A DNA stretch of 63,704 nucleotides, counting the filler, from Choristocarpus tenellus KU-1152 (lineage: Eukaryota; Protista; Phaeophyceae): the NCBI GenBank assembly GCA_964200185.2. It is 10 parts of 10 records of this genome, joined end to end, with 100 filler letters (N's around TTAATTAATTAA, not from the genome) between each part and the next. Parts side by side here need not be neighbours in the genome. Positions count along the whole stretch, not along the records: positions 25,290 to 32,093 come from CAXNAD020007310.1; positions 32,194 to 38,683 come from CAXNAD020008017.1; 8 more parts are not named here. One strand, 5' to 3'. Made by a program: the position numbers and the translations under genes. Below are positions 25,700-38,074 of the stretch, piece after piece. Under the pieces are notes generated by a model, which had not been told where the DNA came from, did not search any database, and was given only the letters and a program-made list of their open reading frames with translations. Positions within the stretch are counted from its first letter, which is position 1. Each line of letters opens with the position of its first letter.

Positions 25700-26980
25700 G
25701 CGCATAGGATGAAGTTGGTTCCTCGACCGAACCTGTCATTGGATGTGTCCCCAAGTCTGAGTTGCCTTGAGCAGCGAGCAGGTATCGCACCGAGGGATTG
25801 CCGTTTGGATTCTGTGGTGAACCTCTGGTATTGACCAGGCAGGATCGTGAATGTGTTGTCCAGGTGGTTGTGGTGGATGTCTGTGAAGTCTAGGATGATG
25901 ATAGCCTGAAGGGGCACGACGCGGGGACCCGATTGTGCCTCCTGCATCAGCGCAAAGATGTTCATTGCAGGGGCTGCGTTTTATGTGTTGGACTATTGTC
26001 ATGTATTTGCGCGTGATGGCCTTGTTTGGTTGTATAGGGGTGTTGTTTGTTTTGGTTTTGAGGAATGAAGAGTTTTATGGAGGATAGAGGATACACTTAG
26101 ACAGCGAAATGAAGGAATGGGATACGCTTATTTGCCCTACAGAACTTGTAAAATATTATGTGAGGGTTGACGAACGCGGTTGTAGAGTAGGAGAAAGAAA
26201 TGACACTGTTTTGGATGTCAGGGTTGAACGTTATGGGAGGATTTTATTTGGGTATGAGGGGATATCAAGGGATATGCAACATCTGCATATGGACGGCGTC
26301 GAATCATTCCTGTGGAGCATTGTTCTGTTAGAAACAACAAGAAGGGTTTCTCACCTTTGTCCGTCTGTGACATGCGAATAGTTAGCACTCCATCAACAAA
26401 GCTAGCACTCAGCACCTCGAAGTCTTCAGTGACAAAGACGACTCATCTCCAGCACTGATCATCCCTCCATAGCTGGAGTGGTGCCTGACTTTCCATTGGA
26501 TCGTGTCCTTGCGGTGGACAGTGAACGGCAAGAACTCTATACCATTGTACTCCGAAGACTGCGTCCGCACAATGCATATGTTCCCCTCAGCAAGCTGTCT
26601 CTTCTTCCTCAACAGCTGGCTTCTCAGATACATATCGCCCGTTCCTGTTTCTGTTGAAAATCCGAGGTCTATCTCCTTAAGCAGGGGCACGTGGGTTAGT
26701 TGCCACCTGCATTGGGCCAGGTGACCGATGGAACAGTTCGTGCAGTAGCGCGACAGTTCGGTGTATATCAATGTACAGGAGTCTCCGGTGGTGAGCCGAC
26801 TTGTGAAGAACCTGTGCATAGACTTGATGCCACCGAGGTTTGGGACATGTGGGTCATGTCGTTCCGCACAGTCGATCTTGTAAGCCGACTATCTCCTGTG
26901 TTTGGAACGTGTTGATGTATAGAAGTTTCGTAGACATGTTACTGTGCTGTCTGCCGTCCCTGTCCTTCCAATCCTAAGGG
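25700..26980 (-). pseudogene. C-terminal part of a Sola2-like DNA transposase (decayed, probably spliced: ~26980-26417 and ~25973-25700)
   Basis: LRNFY...VPNLGGIKSMHRFF...ELSRYCTNCSIGHLAQC...LAEGNICIV...YGGMISAGD(E)VV resembles the GT/IxxxHxF, LSCxCxxC and GDxVV tail of Sola2-type transposases; one in-frame stop and a frameshift; catalytic core not seen. Confidence 0.55.
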
Positions 26981-27062
26981 TTGTGGTATGTGTTGGAGTC
27001 AGTGTTGGTACTGAGGCAGTGTCCTGTGACTGATTCGATGTGATGGCCTTTTCTTTGGGATG

Positions 27063-27870
27063 ATATGTGCTACCTATTCCTGGAACAAGTGTTTGGTAAA
27101 TGACAGATGTCAATATGTGACGAAAACAAAAACTTAGAGTTTTGGGTTAGTTTGACGCTTGGCAGACTTCTGGAAAATAGAGGGCAAGATGATTGCAAGT
27201 GTGCATGGACGGTGTGCGGTCGATTAAGAAGTGCGTATGTGCAATTATCATGTCGAGCGTGGTGTCGACGTGAAGGGAAGGCACAGATGTGACATAATGG
27301 GTCAACGATACGTATTGCGTGTTTAGCGTATGGGTTAGCAAGTTGTGGGAGGGGGCAGGCTGTCGCCAGTGGCAAACAGGGATCAATTATTGTGAGTGGG
27401 GGGAATCATGCATGTAGTATATGTGCTATCTATTCCTGCAACAAGCGATGGGTACATGGCCGACGTTAACATAGGAAAGAAAACAATAACTTGGAGTATT
27501 GCGCGAGTTTACCGATTGGCAGACTTATTCAAAATAGCGGGCGATGATTGCAAGTGTGCACAGACAGTGTCCAGTCGGTTGAGAAGTGCAATATGTGATT
27601 AGCACGTCGTGTGTGGTGTCAACGATAAGGAAAGACATGGATGTGACGTATTGGGTCAACAATATCTATTGCATCCGTGTTTAGTGTATGGGTTGGCAAG
27701 GGGCGGGAAGGGAGAGTCTGTCGCCAGTGGAAAATAGAGGCCGATTATTGTGAGTGGGGGGCACCGTGCATGTCGTATATGTGCTACCTGTTCCTGCAAC
27801 AATTGTTTGGTAAACGATAGACGTAAATATGGGGAAAGAAAACGATAACAACTTAGAGATTTGGGTTAAA
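27063..27870. repeat. Diverged tandem repeat, ~355-bp unit x ~2.3
   Basis: Units start ATATGTGCTA(C/T)CT(A/G)TTCCTG near 27063, 27419 and 27777. Confidence 0.92.
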
Positions 27871-28798
27871 CCGCCCCGATTAGAATCCAGAAAAGGTGTA
27901 TGCGGGCACTCGCAAGCCACATGAAAAAGGTTATGAATACATCCCATGAAGGACGTAGGACGAAGTGAATTGAGGTAGTTTGTCGTACGGCAGAGTATAT
28001 GCTTTGATCTGATTTTTTGGAAAACGGTTGACAAATGTTTGGTGGGTGTTACCCCCGAAAATATTCGCGTATGTATGTACTACAATTGACGTGTTCTGTC
28101 GTACGGTAAACTATTGTGTAGGGTGGGTTTTTGGTGGAAGGGATACCGAACGTTTCATGTGGTGTAGGTCAACATACATCCCCAGATGCACATACCATTA
28201 TGTGCCGCCTTCTCTACAAAGGATATGAGATTACGCTAGAGTTGTTGGAAAATCGAGGATGATGGATTGGAGGAGTGTGCCTTCAAATAAGTCGTTATGA
28301 GGACCACCGTAACTTTTGTCATACTTCGTCGTATGGTAAAGAATGCCGAAAATTTACACAAGGCGAGTGGATGAAGGAAGAGCGAAACATATGTTGGCAT
28401 AGTTTCTGGATTTTAAGGGTCAGGGATGGTGTTGGGGGGTTGAGGCATAGGGCTAGGGTTGGGACAGGTGTTAGGGTTGGGATTAGAAACAGAAAAAGAA
28501 AGATTGCCGTTTATATCCGATACACATCGTAGTCGACGTATCGGAGAACACGATCTTCGTCGTTAGGTTTTGTCCTGCTGTTGAGGGAAGGACACGTGCG
28601 TCACCATTTCCGAGCTAGGGTGTAACTGGTGAACACCACGTGTCTCTGACTTCGATGCAAATGTGTGATTTCGGAAGGATATGGTGACCATATGCTTCGC
28701 TATGCCTAGTCTTCAAGCGCTAATCCCTCATTCCAGTAATTACAGAACGCACAGGCTACATTAGAGTGTGTCTAGCTGCGATGGAGACCTGGCCTTAC

Positions 28799-28888
28799 CC
28801 TTGGGGTGTCCTGGGGTCTACCCCTCTGGAGTCCACGAGTCATTCTCCCGTTGCTAGCCAGATCCCCTAGTGGCTGACGGGTGGCCAT
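28799..28888 (-). other. Candidate first coding exon (MATRQPLGDLASNGRMTRGLQRGRPQDTPR) of the minus-strand element gene
   Basis: ATG at 28888, 90 nt open, ends at AGG|GTAAG donor; link to the downstream transposase exons is unproven. Confidence 0.35.
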
Positions 28889-29687
28889 CCTACATCTGCG
28901 GTGCAATGGGCATGGTCCTCTCGAAGAACTGCAACAACGATTCCTCTATATTGTCCAGGCCCGTTAGTCTGTTGTTGAGTGAGTGAGCGAGTATAGGGTT
29001 TGTCGCATATGTGGTTTGGCGAAAGTTTTTTGTTATTATGCACTATAATATAATTCTTCAAATGTGCAAATAAATGAAAAAAATATGCAAACTCAACATT
29101 TTGACCCTATCGCACTAATGAAGTAATAGAGGATGGAGAGTTATATATATATATACATTTGTGAGTCTCTGTATGTTCTAGTTCAATGCCGTCGCAGACA
29201 TACATTGAAATTTCAATACATACGTTGAGAGAGCAAAATTCCCCTTTTTAAATCTCCTATTTATTCCCGAGGAAAAGGAACACTCGAACTAGCCTGTTTA
29301 GAACCCCAATATATATATACTACTATCTTGTAGGGGTACAACATTCGGTAAAGGCGGTTGTTCTTTCGTTGATTAGGGTTAGATTGTCATACAACCGACA
29401 AGAAAAAAAGGTCGAAAATACCATAATTCCTTGATCAAGGGAGACTAGCTGCATATTCCTTCCACTAGGATAAGACTTGTCTGTCGCTATCCTTGTGCAC
29501 TGTACGTAATGCTAAACACCAGGCGTGTGTAAAGGGAAAATGACGATAGCACTTCCTCTTCGTGCAAGGTGATCAGGTGCGTTCTCTCCCCTTCTGTTGG
29601 TTTTCCCTGTCTCATTTGCAACGTGCCCACCCAATGCAGACATCATGCGATCAAAAGAGAGGCTTAGTCCAACCACCGAATGCCGCC

Positions 29688-31786
29688 ATGCCTCCAAAGG
29701 GAACCAGAAGGTGAGTCCCCCTACCAGAAGTGTGCACCCTTTGTGCAGCTCATTCGGGAGAGCTTCTGAATGACCAATATCGCAAACACACCATCATGAT
29801 TTAGCGCCTTTGACGGATGTTGCGGCTTTCGTCCGTTCACAAGGCATGTATTAGCATGTGGCTGGCATTATCGTGTATCCAAGTGGTTGTATGACCCCGT
29901 AGTCACGGCCCCTAACCCAACCATTGCCGCATAGCATGCCGTACCCAACACGCCCCTCCGGGGTCGAGCCTTTCTCAACAACCGACCGTTCATGATGTGC
30001 AAGGTATCCCGCCAATTTCTATGTACGCGTTCCTCTCGCTAAAGAGTTCCAACAACTCTTGTACTCGACTTGGGTGAAAGCACAAACATGCCCTCCCGAC
30101 ATCTAACCCGGGTCGGCACATTATTCCTTTTCATCTTCATCTTTCACTTTCGCGGGTCAACTTAATGTTTTCCTGCTTAGGGTTCTTGTTTCAAATCGGT
30201 ACACACCACCCCCAACCATCTTGCCGACGAGCTTTGGAAATTGAGGCATTTACCGTTCGACATGACACATCAAATTTCTTCATTACTGCCTGGCCTATGT
30301 CAAACACAAGCCTGTGCATGGCTGCCCTGCCGACATCTAACCGGGGTCGGCGCGTAAATCCTTTTCGTCTGCGTACGGTATTGGTGCTTTCTCGTATAAA
30401 TTATTCCTTCCATGTCGGTGGGGTTTACCGTTCGATGCATGTTCACAAGTAGCAGTCTCCACGGAAAGCGCTACGCTGTCCTCATGACGACAACAGTGCT
30501 TTGCCCTTATCATCTCACGTTTGCCTAGCCCATACATGGGCATGAACCTCGCACTCCCTACAGATCCCGCCATCATTGATCACATACTCTATCACTGTTT
30601 ATACAACAACACCCTTGCTGTCATCGCTAAAAATAGCATCCGCCCCTGCATTGATATCCTTCTTGTTTATTGTTGCCATAAAATATCCCCCCCAACCTTC
30701 ACAGGCAGTCGGTCGGAGGCTCAAAGAAACCTGAAGAGGAAAAGACGACAGAGTTGATCACATCAAACCTAAGTGCGACCCGTACAACGATCGACCTGAC
30801 CACATCTGCCTTCTTGTCCCAGAGGTATAATGCCAACCTCCTTGACAAGGATAGAGTAGAGTCCATGTTTTCAAAGCTGGGGCCGGACCCACAGGTCGCC
30901 ACCAATTAGCTCACGGGGATCCTGAGTGGACCGCCTTTCTCTTTGTGCTCGAGATGGAAAACCATCAATAAGTTCAAGGCCAACATGCGCAGGGCAAAGG
31001 TACCCTCTGATGTATCCGACAGCAAACTGCTCACGCACTACATTGCCAACGGCAACCTGGACCTAGATGAGGATTGCGACGCTAGGGATCCGGACGACGA
31101 CGATAACGTCTTGTTTTGTCTGAATGGACAACATAGAATAATGCTCCTGAGAGTCATCGAGTGCATGGTGAAGGAGGATAATATCCCATGTGGCATCAAC
31201 CTCCCGGCCCACATCACAACGTGATGGGCCTGATATGTTGGAGCGAACCTCCAGATAGGCAAGCGCAGGAGGTTCATGTAGAAAATGTATCCACACAATC
31301 CAGTTCCACTTCCGCCCAGGCCAAGGAAGAATGGGCACCGCAACCGTGTAAAATCAAAAGGCATACTTAAGGAGAATGCACACCAAGGATGTCCTCATCA
31401 AAAGGGCTGTCCTGGAGGTCGCCGTGCACGTCATGAACGACCTCAAGAGGAAAGACAAGCTCGGGATCGACCCTGACGCCGATGACTCCTCAGCTGGGTC
31501 TTCAGAAGAGCCTGCTCCAAAGAAACAATACATCCTGAGCGAAGAGGTACTCAAGGGAGCGTCAGGTTTATCCTCTCATCTGTCCACCACATTTGAGTTC
31601 GTAACAAGTCACCTCACAATAAACACCCTGATCGCGCGCATTAATTTAACCCCATAAAATCCACAGGTGAAAAGGGACCTCGTGTTGCGGGAGGATGTGG
31701 ATGAGGGCACAGTCTACCTGGACATCGTCAAATACTCAGAGGGCGTTACCTTTGAACACCAGTGGCGAATGTGCAATATAGAGTGA
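29688..31786 (+). pseudogene. Spliced ParB/DGQHR-like domain protein gene, disrupted (exons 29688-29710, 30705-~31600, 31667-31786)
   Basis: GCCGCCATG start, MPPKGTR AG|GTGAGT, phase-matched acceptor CACAG|G at 30704; YNANLLDKDRVESM and FCLNGQHRI motifs; TAG at 30907 and later frameshifts. Confidence 0.6.
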
Positions 31787-32233
31787 TAATCTATATGGTT
31801 TATACGTATGTAGTGAACATGTTGTCTAAGTGGAACAAGTGTCATTGACTTCTGTTCGTGTGTGTAAATTATTGAGTTCGAATCTCAGATGATCGATTTC
31901 TTATTAATTGATATAAATGGACTGTTGGAGGAGTTCAGAGACATAGTACTAGCTACACAAGATAAGTGACATAGTACGATGTAACGGCAGGACACGTTTT
32001 GATGTGTCATCTGATGAGTCAGCTGATATATGTAATAAACAATAAGATAATAAGAGAGAGCACCCCCCACCGCCGAGGGCTGTGCTCACCACCNNNNNNN
32101 NNNNNNNNNNNNNNNNNNNNNNNNNNNNNNNNNNNNNTTAATTAATTAANNNNNNNNNNNNNNNNNNNNNNNNNNNNNNNNNNNNNNNNNNNNTTTGTGG
32201 CCGTTGGGGGTACTGACACAACAAAATTTTCCT

Positions 32234-32266
<33 letters not shown>

Positions 32267-33742
32267 AATTGATACTACAGGAGCGTGAGTCTTTCAATTT
32301 TAGGATTTTCCACCTGGTGCTTGACTGCAATGTTGGTGGATGGAGTAAAGTAAGGTCGTCAATAGAATACAACATTGCAGCAGAAGGCAACACAATGCCA
32401 CTGAAACATTACAAAAATTCTGTAGCAATGTTGAGTAGTGCATTTGAGATCCAGTGTGGAATTCGTCCTCAGGAGTCAGTGAAACGTCCAGATCTGAAAA
32501 CAGAAAGTACAGATCTGCTAAGTGATCGTTTTTGCTTGGTCTATTTGGAAGTGAGGTACAGGTCATCTTGCGGGAAACTCAAAGAAACAAATGTACAACT
32601 TTGTCAAGTATTGCATTTATCCGTAATGCAAAAATATTGGTTTGTTGCAGGAGGTGAGGAGGAGTAACACTTCATCTCATTGCTCGGTGTTGTTGTCTGT
32701 ACAAAAAGTCTTTCTGGGAGGGGGGGGTAGATGACTGTTCAATGATTCTTCAGACCTTGTACGCAATAGAGGTCATACTAATATATTTTTTCTGGAGACT
32801 TTCAATGTGTCTCGAACATAGGAACATGACAAAAAGAAGCGTTTGTCTTTGCCCTGGAGATGAAATTATCGAGCAAGGGCACACGCTCCGGTTCTTGTTA
32901 AAAAGGGCAGGCATCATCCACATAATGCTTCAATAGACTGACTATCCCCCTTATCACTACCATTAAAAAAAAATGTATTACAGCAAAAGCTGGCCAAGAT
33001 TTAGAGCTGGTCAGAATCCGTTCAACAGAGTCACACATGTAGCACAAAGACCATCTTGTTGATGTAACAGGGATGGCGGAGCTAGAATCTCGTGTGGAAT
33101 ATGGGACTTGCTCTGCTTTTGTGTGTGCCTTCTTTGATCAAGTACATCGTTGTGCAGGAGGACAGTGGAGGACTCTCTCCTGCTGCATCTTAATCTCATA
33201 TCCCCCCCAATTCTATGTGTAGGTCAAAGAATTTACTCCTTTTTTCGAGATCGCACAACCGTTGCCATTTATTTTATTTTGCAATGTACACAGGAATAGT
33301 TCAGGGACGATGAATAATTATTCATTTGACTCATGATTTTAATTTTCTATTGCTAAAAATTGGATGCCGCTATTTGTAATCAACAGTTAATATTTTGAGC
33401 TAGATACTCCAGCACTTGAAACATTCCTCACCGAGTCCATCCAGCCACCCCAACCGCCAGTAAAAAAATCAAGGTACCTCTTTCTATTCAACTTCCTGGC
33501 GCAGGTTCGAGGTACAGTGTTGACTTTAGACTGAAGACGTGAGACCCAATAGAGCTCTAATCCCTAACGAACCGAGCCAATACATCATCCAGGTCTTCAA
33601 TTGATGCAAGGCAAATGCTGACTGTCCTAGTGGATTTGACTGTAACACACTAGTGGTTATTTGTTGTATGGGAACTAGAAAATCCATGTGGATATTTTTC
33701 TTTTTTGTACGCCATGTGGCAAGATGTTGCTGCTGGGCGTAA

Positions 33743-34006
33743 GAGTCAAAGTATCTTAGAGGATAGAGCCGCGTCCATTTGGGGGCCAAAATCCAATGTT
33801 GCAATTTTGATGTAATTTTGGCTATCGTGTTTGTTACGAGATATCATCCTTGTTCCGCACACACCTTTTCATAGCGTGTACATTTTACCTACTCCAAAAC
33901 ATTTTGGAGGTTTTGGAGTAATTAGAATGCCCTTAAATTCCGTGGGAAGCCAAGGCCCAAATGGACAAACAGGGAAAAACTCGTACCCTGTAAGATACTT
34001 TCACTC
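33743..34006 (+). mobile_element. MITE family A copy
   Basis: Full TIRs; 3-bp TSD TAA. Confidence 0.92.
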
Positions 34007-34354
34007 TAAGGAGTGTACTTGCTAACAGCATGCGGGGTTTTGAAGCATATTGAATGTACGCAACATTTTGTAGTCATTATTTTACTGTTGTATTGCTATG
34101 GTGTCGTCGTATTTAACCTCTGCGCTACGGCTACTGATGATTACTGTTACCTGATGACAAAGTAGTTGATGATGAAGTTGTGGTTGGGGGTTAGGCATGG
34201 AAGAGAAACAATGATGACGCCAAAATTAGTAGGTGAAGGTGCTTATCGTGCTTAAGTCAAGTCCCCTGATCGAGGAACCCTTGCTTGAAAGATATCAATT
34301 TGTACCTCTTGCTATCTGAAACATAAATAGTGTTCTACTAAATGTACCTGCCAG

Positions 34355-35578
34355 AGGGTGGTGGCACGTAGTGGGCGGCCTTCGGAGGTCACATCGACCA
34401 AGATAGCTGCAATACATAGTATCAACTCTGATGACCGGTCATCCATAGTGCGACAGGTGACAATAAAAGATGGCCGCCAAGGGGCTGAATTATACCATGA
34501 GCACCATAAACAGGTGGTTGGATGATATAGGGGCCATGCCGAATTGCCGCTGGATCAAACCCAAGCTCAAATCGTGGCAAAAGGTATGGAGAATGGACTT
34601 TATTTGCTATCAAGTGGACCGGAAACATGGTGTGTACGCCTCCATGGTGAACACTATCCATGCGGCTAAAACCTGGTTTTACGTGATGACTGATGGGAAT
34701 AGGTTTAGGGCATTTCCGCATGAGGATGATAGCGACCTTCCAGGGTCCCCTGCTGTGCAGCACAAGAGTCATATCCCCAAAATCATGATCATTGCAGCCA
34801 ACGCCCACCCAGATTTGGCTGATAGCTTTGATGGAAAGCTTGGTGTTTGGCGTGAGTGTGCGCCAAAAACGGCAGCCAGGACAAGCAAGAACCATAAAAA
34901 GGAGGATGTGTATGAGAAGGACTGTACTTAAGACTATTTGTGGTACAGGAAGTGGTACATGGAGGAGTTACTGCTTGCAATCAAGACCAAGATGCCTTGG
35001 TTGCAGGGGAAGCACAACGTCATTCAGCAAGACGGTGCCACCCCCCACTAGGGCAAGGGCAACTAGGAAGTCTTGTCAGGGGCAGGGAAGACTGAGAGGG
35101 GTGGTCAATTAGGCTTGTGACGCAGCCATCTAACTCCCTCGACCTCAATATCATCGACCTGTGCTTTTTCAGGTCTTTGAAATGCCGGGTGATGGGGGAG
35201 CGGTTTGGGTCCATCGAGGAGATGGTGAGGTCATTAAGAAACAGTATGAGGAGTATGATGAAACCACACTTGAGAGGGACTGGTAGCTCCTTTTTGTGGT
35301 GCACAATCAAGTATTTAGATACAAAGGGGAATGACTTCAGTGTGGAACACACAGGGGTAGGGAAGAGGCAGTTGTCTGGTGAGGTTGAAAATACGCCAAA
35401 GGTAGACATGGAGACTTTTTCTGTGACTGAGAAAATTGAAATGGATGGGGAGTAAAAATAATAAAAAAGGCCTGACCCTAACCAGAAATTCGTCAAGTCT
35501 TCCAAATCTTCTTTCAGAAATGAATTTCATTATCAGAAGTTACGGACAACTTGGAACAGACTTATGGTATGGATGTAG
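34355..35578 (+). mobile_element. 5'-truncated second copy of the DD40D mariner (transposase pseudogene ~34360-35455)
   Basis: Collinear with 11599-13100; QHKSHIPKIM, IQQDGATPH, QPSNSLDLNIIDLCFFRSLK; 3' TIR ACAGACTTATGGTATGGATGTAG followed by TA. Confidence 0.9.
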
Positions 35579-36244
35579 TATATTTCTTTGGTTTCCCCCT
35601 GACACATCTGCAAAATGTCAGATGCATAATAATAAAATATAAAATAGTATATGAAGTAATATAGAAGCATCACTATATGTAATACACTTAGTACTTGTAG
35701 TAATAGAAATTTGTAACTTAGGATACCATATTGAAGAGTGAAAAAATATAAAACAGGACGCATGACCATGACGTGGTAGGGGCGAGTGTTAAAAAAAACA
35801 TGACCTTACCGACTATATATAAAATGTTCTAACATGGCCGAGTCCATGACCATCACTTACTCAGTATGACCAATACTACCAATAGCCATGTATAAGCTAG
35901 TTCGAACATGACCGAGTCCATGGCTATTTACTGTTTCAACATGGTCGGCCCACGGACCGGGCCGTGGGGATATGCCTGACAGTGGACATGCTAGCTGCCT
36001 GGCCCAATGAAAAGCCCTGGTTTTAAACAAAGATACCTTAAGGTGTGATTGACCAGCTTTGGAGTGAGAGTTTGGTAGGTGCACTCATCATGATGCAAAA
36101 TATTGCATTTCACGGTCCAGAAATTCCTTGAGAGATAACTGCCAAAAAGAAAAAAAGTGAACAATGAAGCGATCAATTGTATTGCTCTACAACAACTCTA
36201 CATTATATGGACTGTTGTTGCAAATAATAATGCGTACAGGGTGA

Positions 36245-36685
36245 GAGTCAAAGTATCTTACAGGGTAGAGCCACGTCCATTTGGGGGCCAAAACCCAATA
36301 TTGCGATTTGATGTAATTTTGGCTATCATGTTCGTTAGGAAGCGTCAAATATCCTTGTTCCGGACACACCTTTTCATGATGTATACACTTCAACTACTCC
36401 GAAACATGACTCAAAGTATCTGAGGTGGGTGGCAGCTGTCCATTTGGGGCCAGTTTTTTTTATGTTGCGATTTTTGGTTGATTTGGTTGCATGCTTCGGA
36501 TGAACAATGTAAGTGCACTTTTCTTGGTTATGGCCCAAATGGACACCCTGGTGTAGACCTCCCCCCCCCCAACATACTTCGGGTCACATTTCGGAGTAGG
36601 AAAATATCATAAAAAAAAACCCGTGGGAAGCCAAGCCCCAAACGGACAAACAGGGCAAACTTGTACTCTAAGATACATTATATTC
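36245..36685 (+). mobile_element. MITE family A copy interrupted by family B
   Basis: A left TIR and internal sequence resume after the B insertion; right TIR decayed. Confidence 0.88.
36408..36585. mobile_element. MITE family B nested in A
   Basis: GACTCAAAGTATCTG / CATACTTCGGGTC with 4-bp TSD ACAT; removal restores CCGAAACATTTCGGAG. Confidence 0.93.
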
Positions 36686-37912
36686 AAAATTGTGCCCTAA
36701 TCTCACCGGGGAGAGAGACATTGTTGTATGCAGAGAGGAAAATATAGGAGCTGTGGATATAACAAGTCCCATATACATGGGCCTCCTGCCCCAGCCCCAA
36801 GCCAGGAAATAGTACCATACAATCATCCTGGCTGGGTACTCTCCTTCCCTACTTAATAAAGTTTTGAAATAAAAAATGTTTCCATACGATCGAACAAGCA
36901 TCCACACGCCATAATGTACCTGCTACGGTTCAATGTAGGGGAAGTATGTAGTGCAGTAGAATAACACAAAAAAAACTCAGGAGTATGTACTGCCCACATC
37001 GTAAAAGGACAGCCACCACTGCCTTTAGCGATTTGATATACTATTGCAACTGAGTCTGAGTTGATAAGGATAATGTAGGTATGGACATTACACTGTCTCT
37101 GACCCAAGGGTCAGCCTTGGACCCTACCATTGTAACTCTTAGATCAGGACACAATCTGAGGGAATGGAACAAGAAAGGAGATTGGACCCAGGCGCACCGG
37201 GACCCACACTACGACTTCAGGTCTGAATATGGACACAGACCTGCACAAGTGGCTCAAACTTAACCAAGACTCAAACCCTTTTGGGAATGACATGTAGTAG
37301 TGTAAAAAACACCTTTTTAATATTTTTATATGAATTTGCAGACCAAACTTCCCCTACCCTACTTATGTCTTGGAGTCTGATAAGTGAGGCTCAGATCCGT
37401 CCTCGACTGTCACCTTAACTAGGAGTTACTACTGTTCTTCTTCCACACCAGTCAGTCATGGACGGAATCTATGAAACAGAACACGGAGAGATATTCAGGA
37501 CCTGAGACTACTCAGCCTAGGACCTGATTCACAATACTCACTGGACAATTCCCCTCACAACCTAGATCTTCATACGTGTACGTGACTCGAGTGGAAGTGA
37601 GATGTGGATAATTAGATCGATTCCGTTTTCTCGTCACCTGAGATCCGGAACCATACCTGTACCTCTATCTGTAGTAATGATAACACAAATATGACCTGCA
37701 CCCAGACCAACCACCCTTCCTTACTCTTTCTGTACCTTTATATAGTGTTTCTGATTAGTACCTGGACCTGGACCTATATCAACCATGAAGTTCCATCGTA
37801 GTACAAGAAATTATAGTTCTGAAGTTCAACTGAAGTTCTTCCTTCAATCATGTGTAAGTATTCATCTTGCGATTGTCTTGGGAATGGGGTCGTGAACAAG
37901 CCGGTCAGCTTG

Positions 37913-38014
37913 ATGATGTCAGACTTGTTTCCAGCTGGTGAGTCTGCTCCAATCGATCTTTAGCTGTACAGTAGTAGCCCCATTATTTATCCCGTCAGTC
38001 TCTGATGCTGTCGG

Positions 38015-38074
<60 letters not shown>

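Noticed and set aside
28930-28975. TNGPGQYRG (minus strand) as the Sola2 DGxxxQYK catalytic motif
   Set aside because: No Asp and no downstream HGKGxxD motif; probably chance.
33740-34009. PIF/Harbinger (Tourist) assignment from the TAA TSD
   Set aside because: Other copies show non-TWA and 4-bp TSDs.
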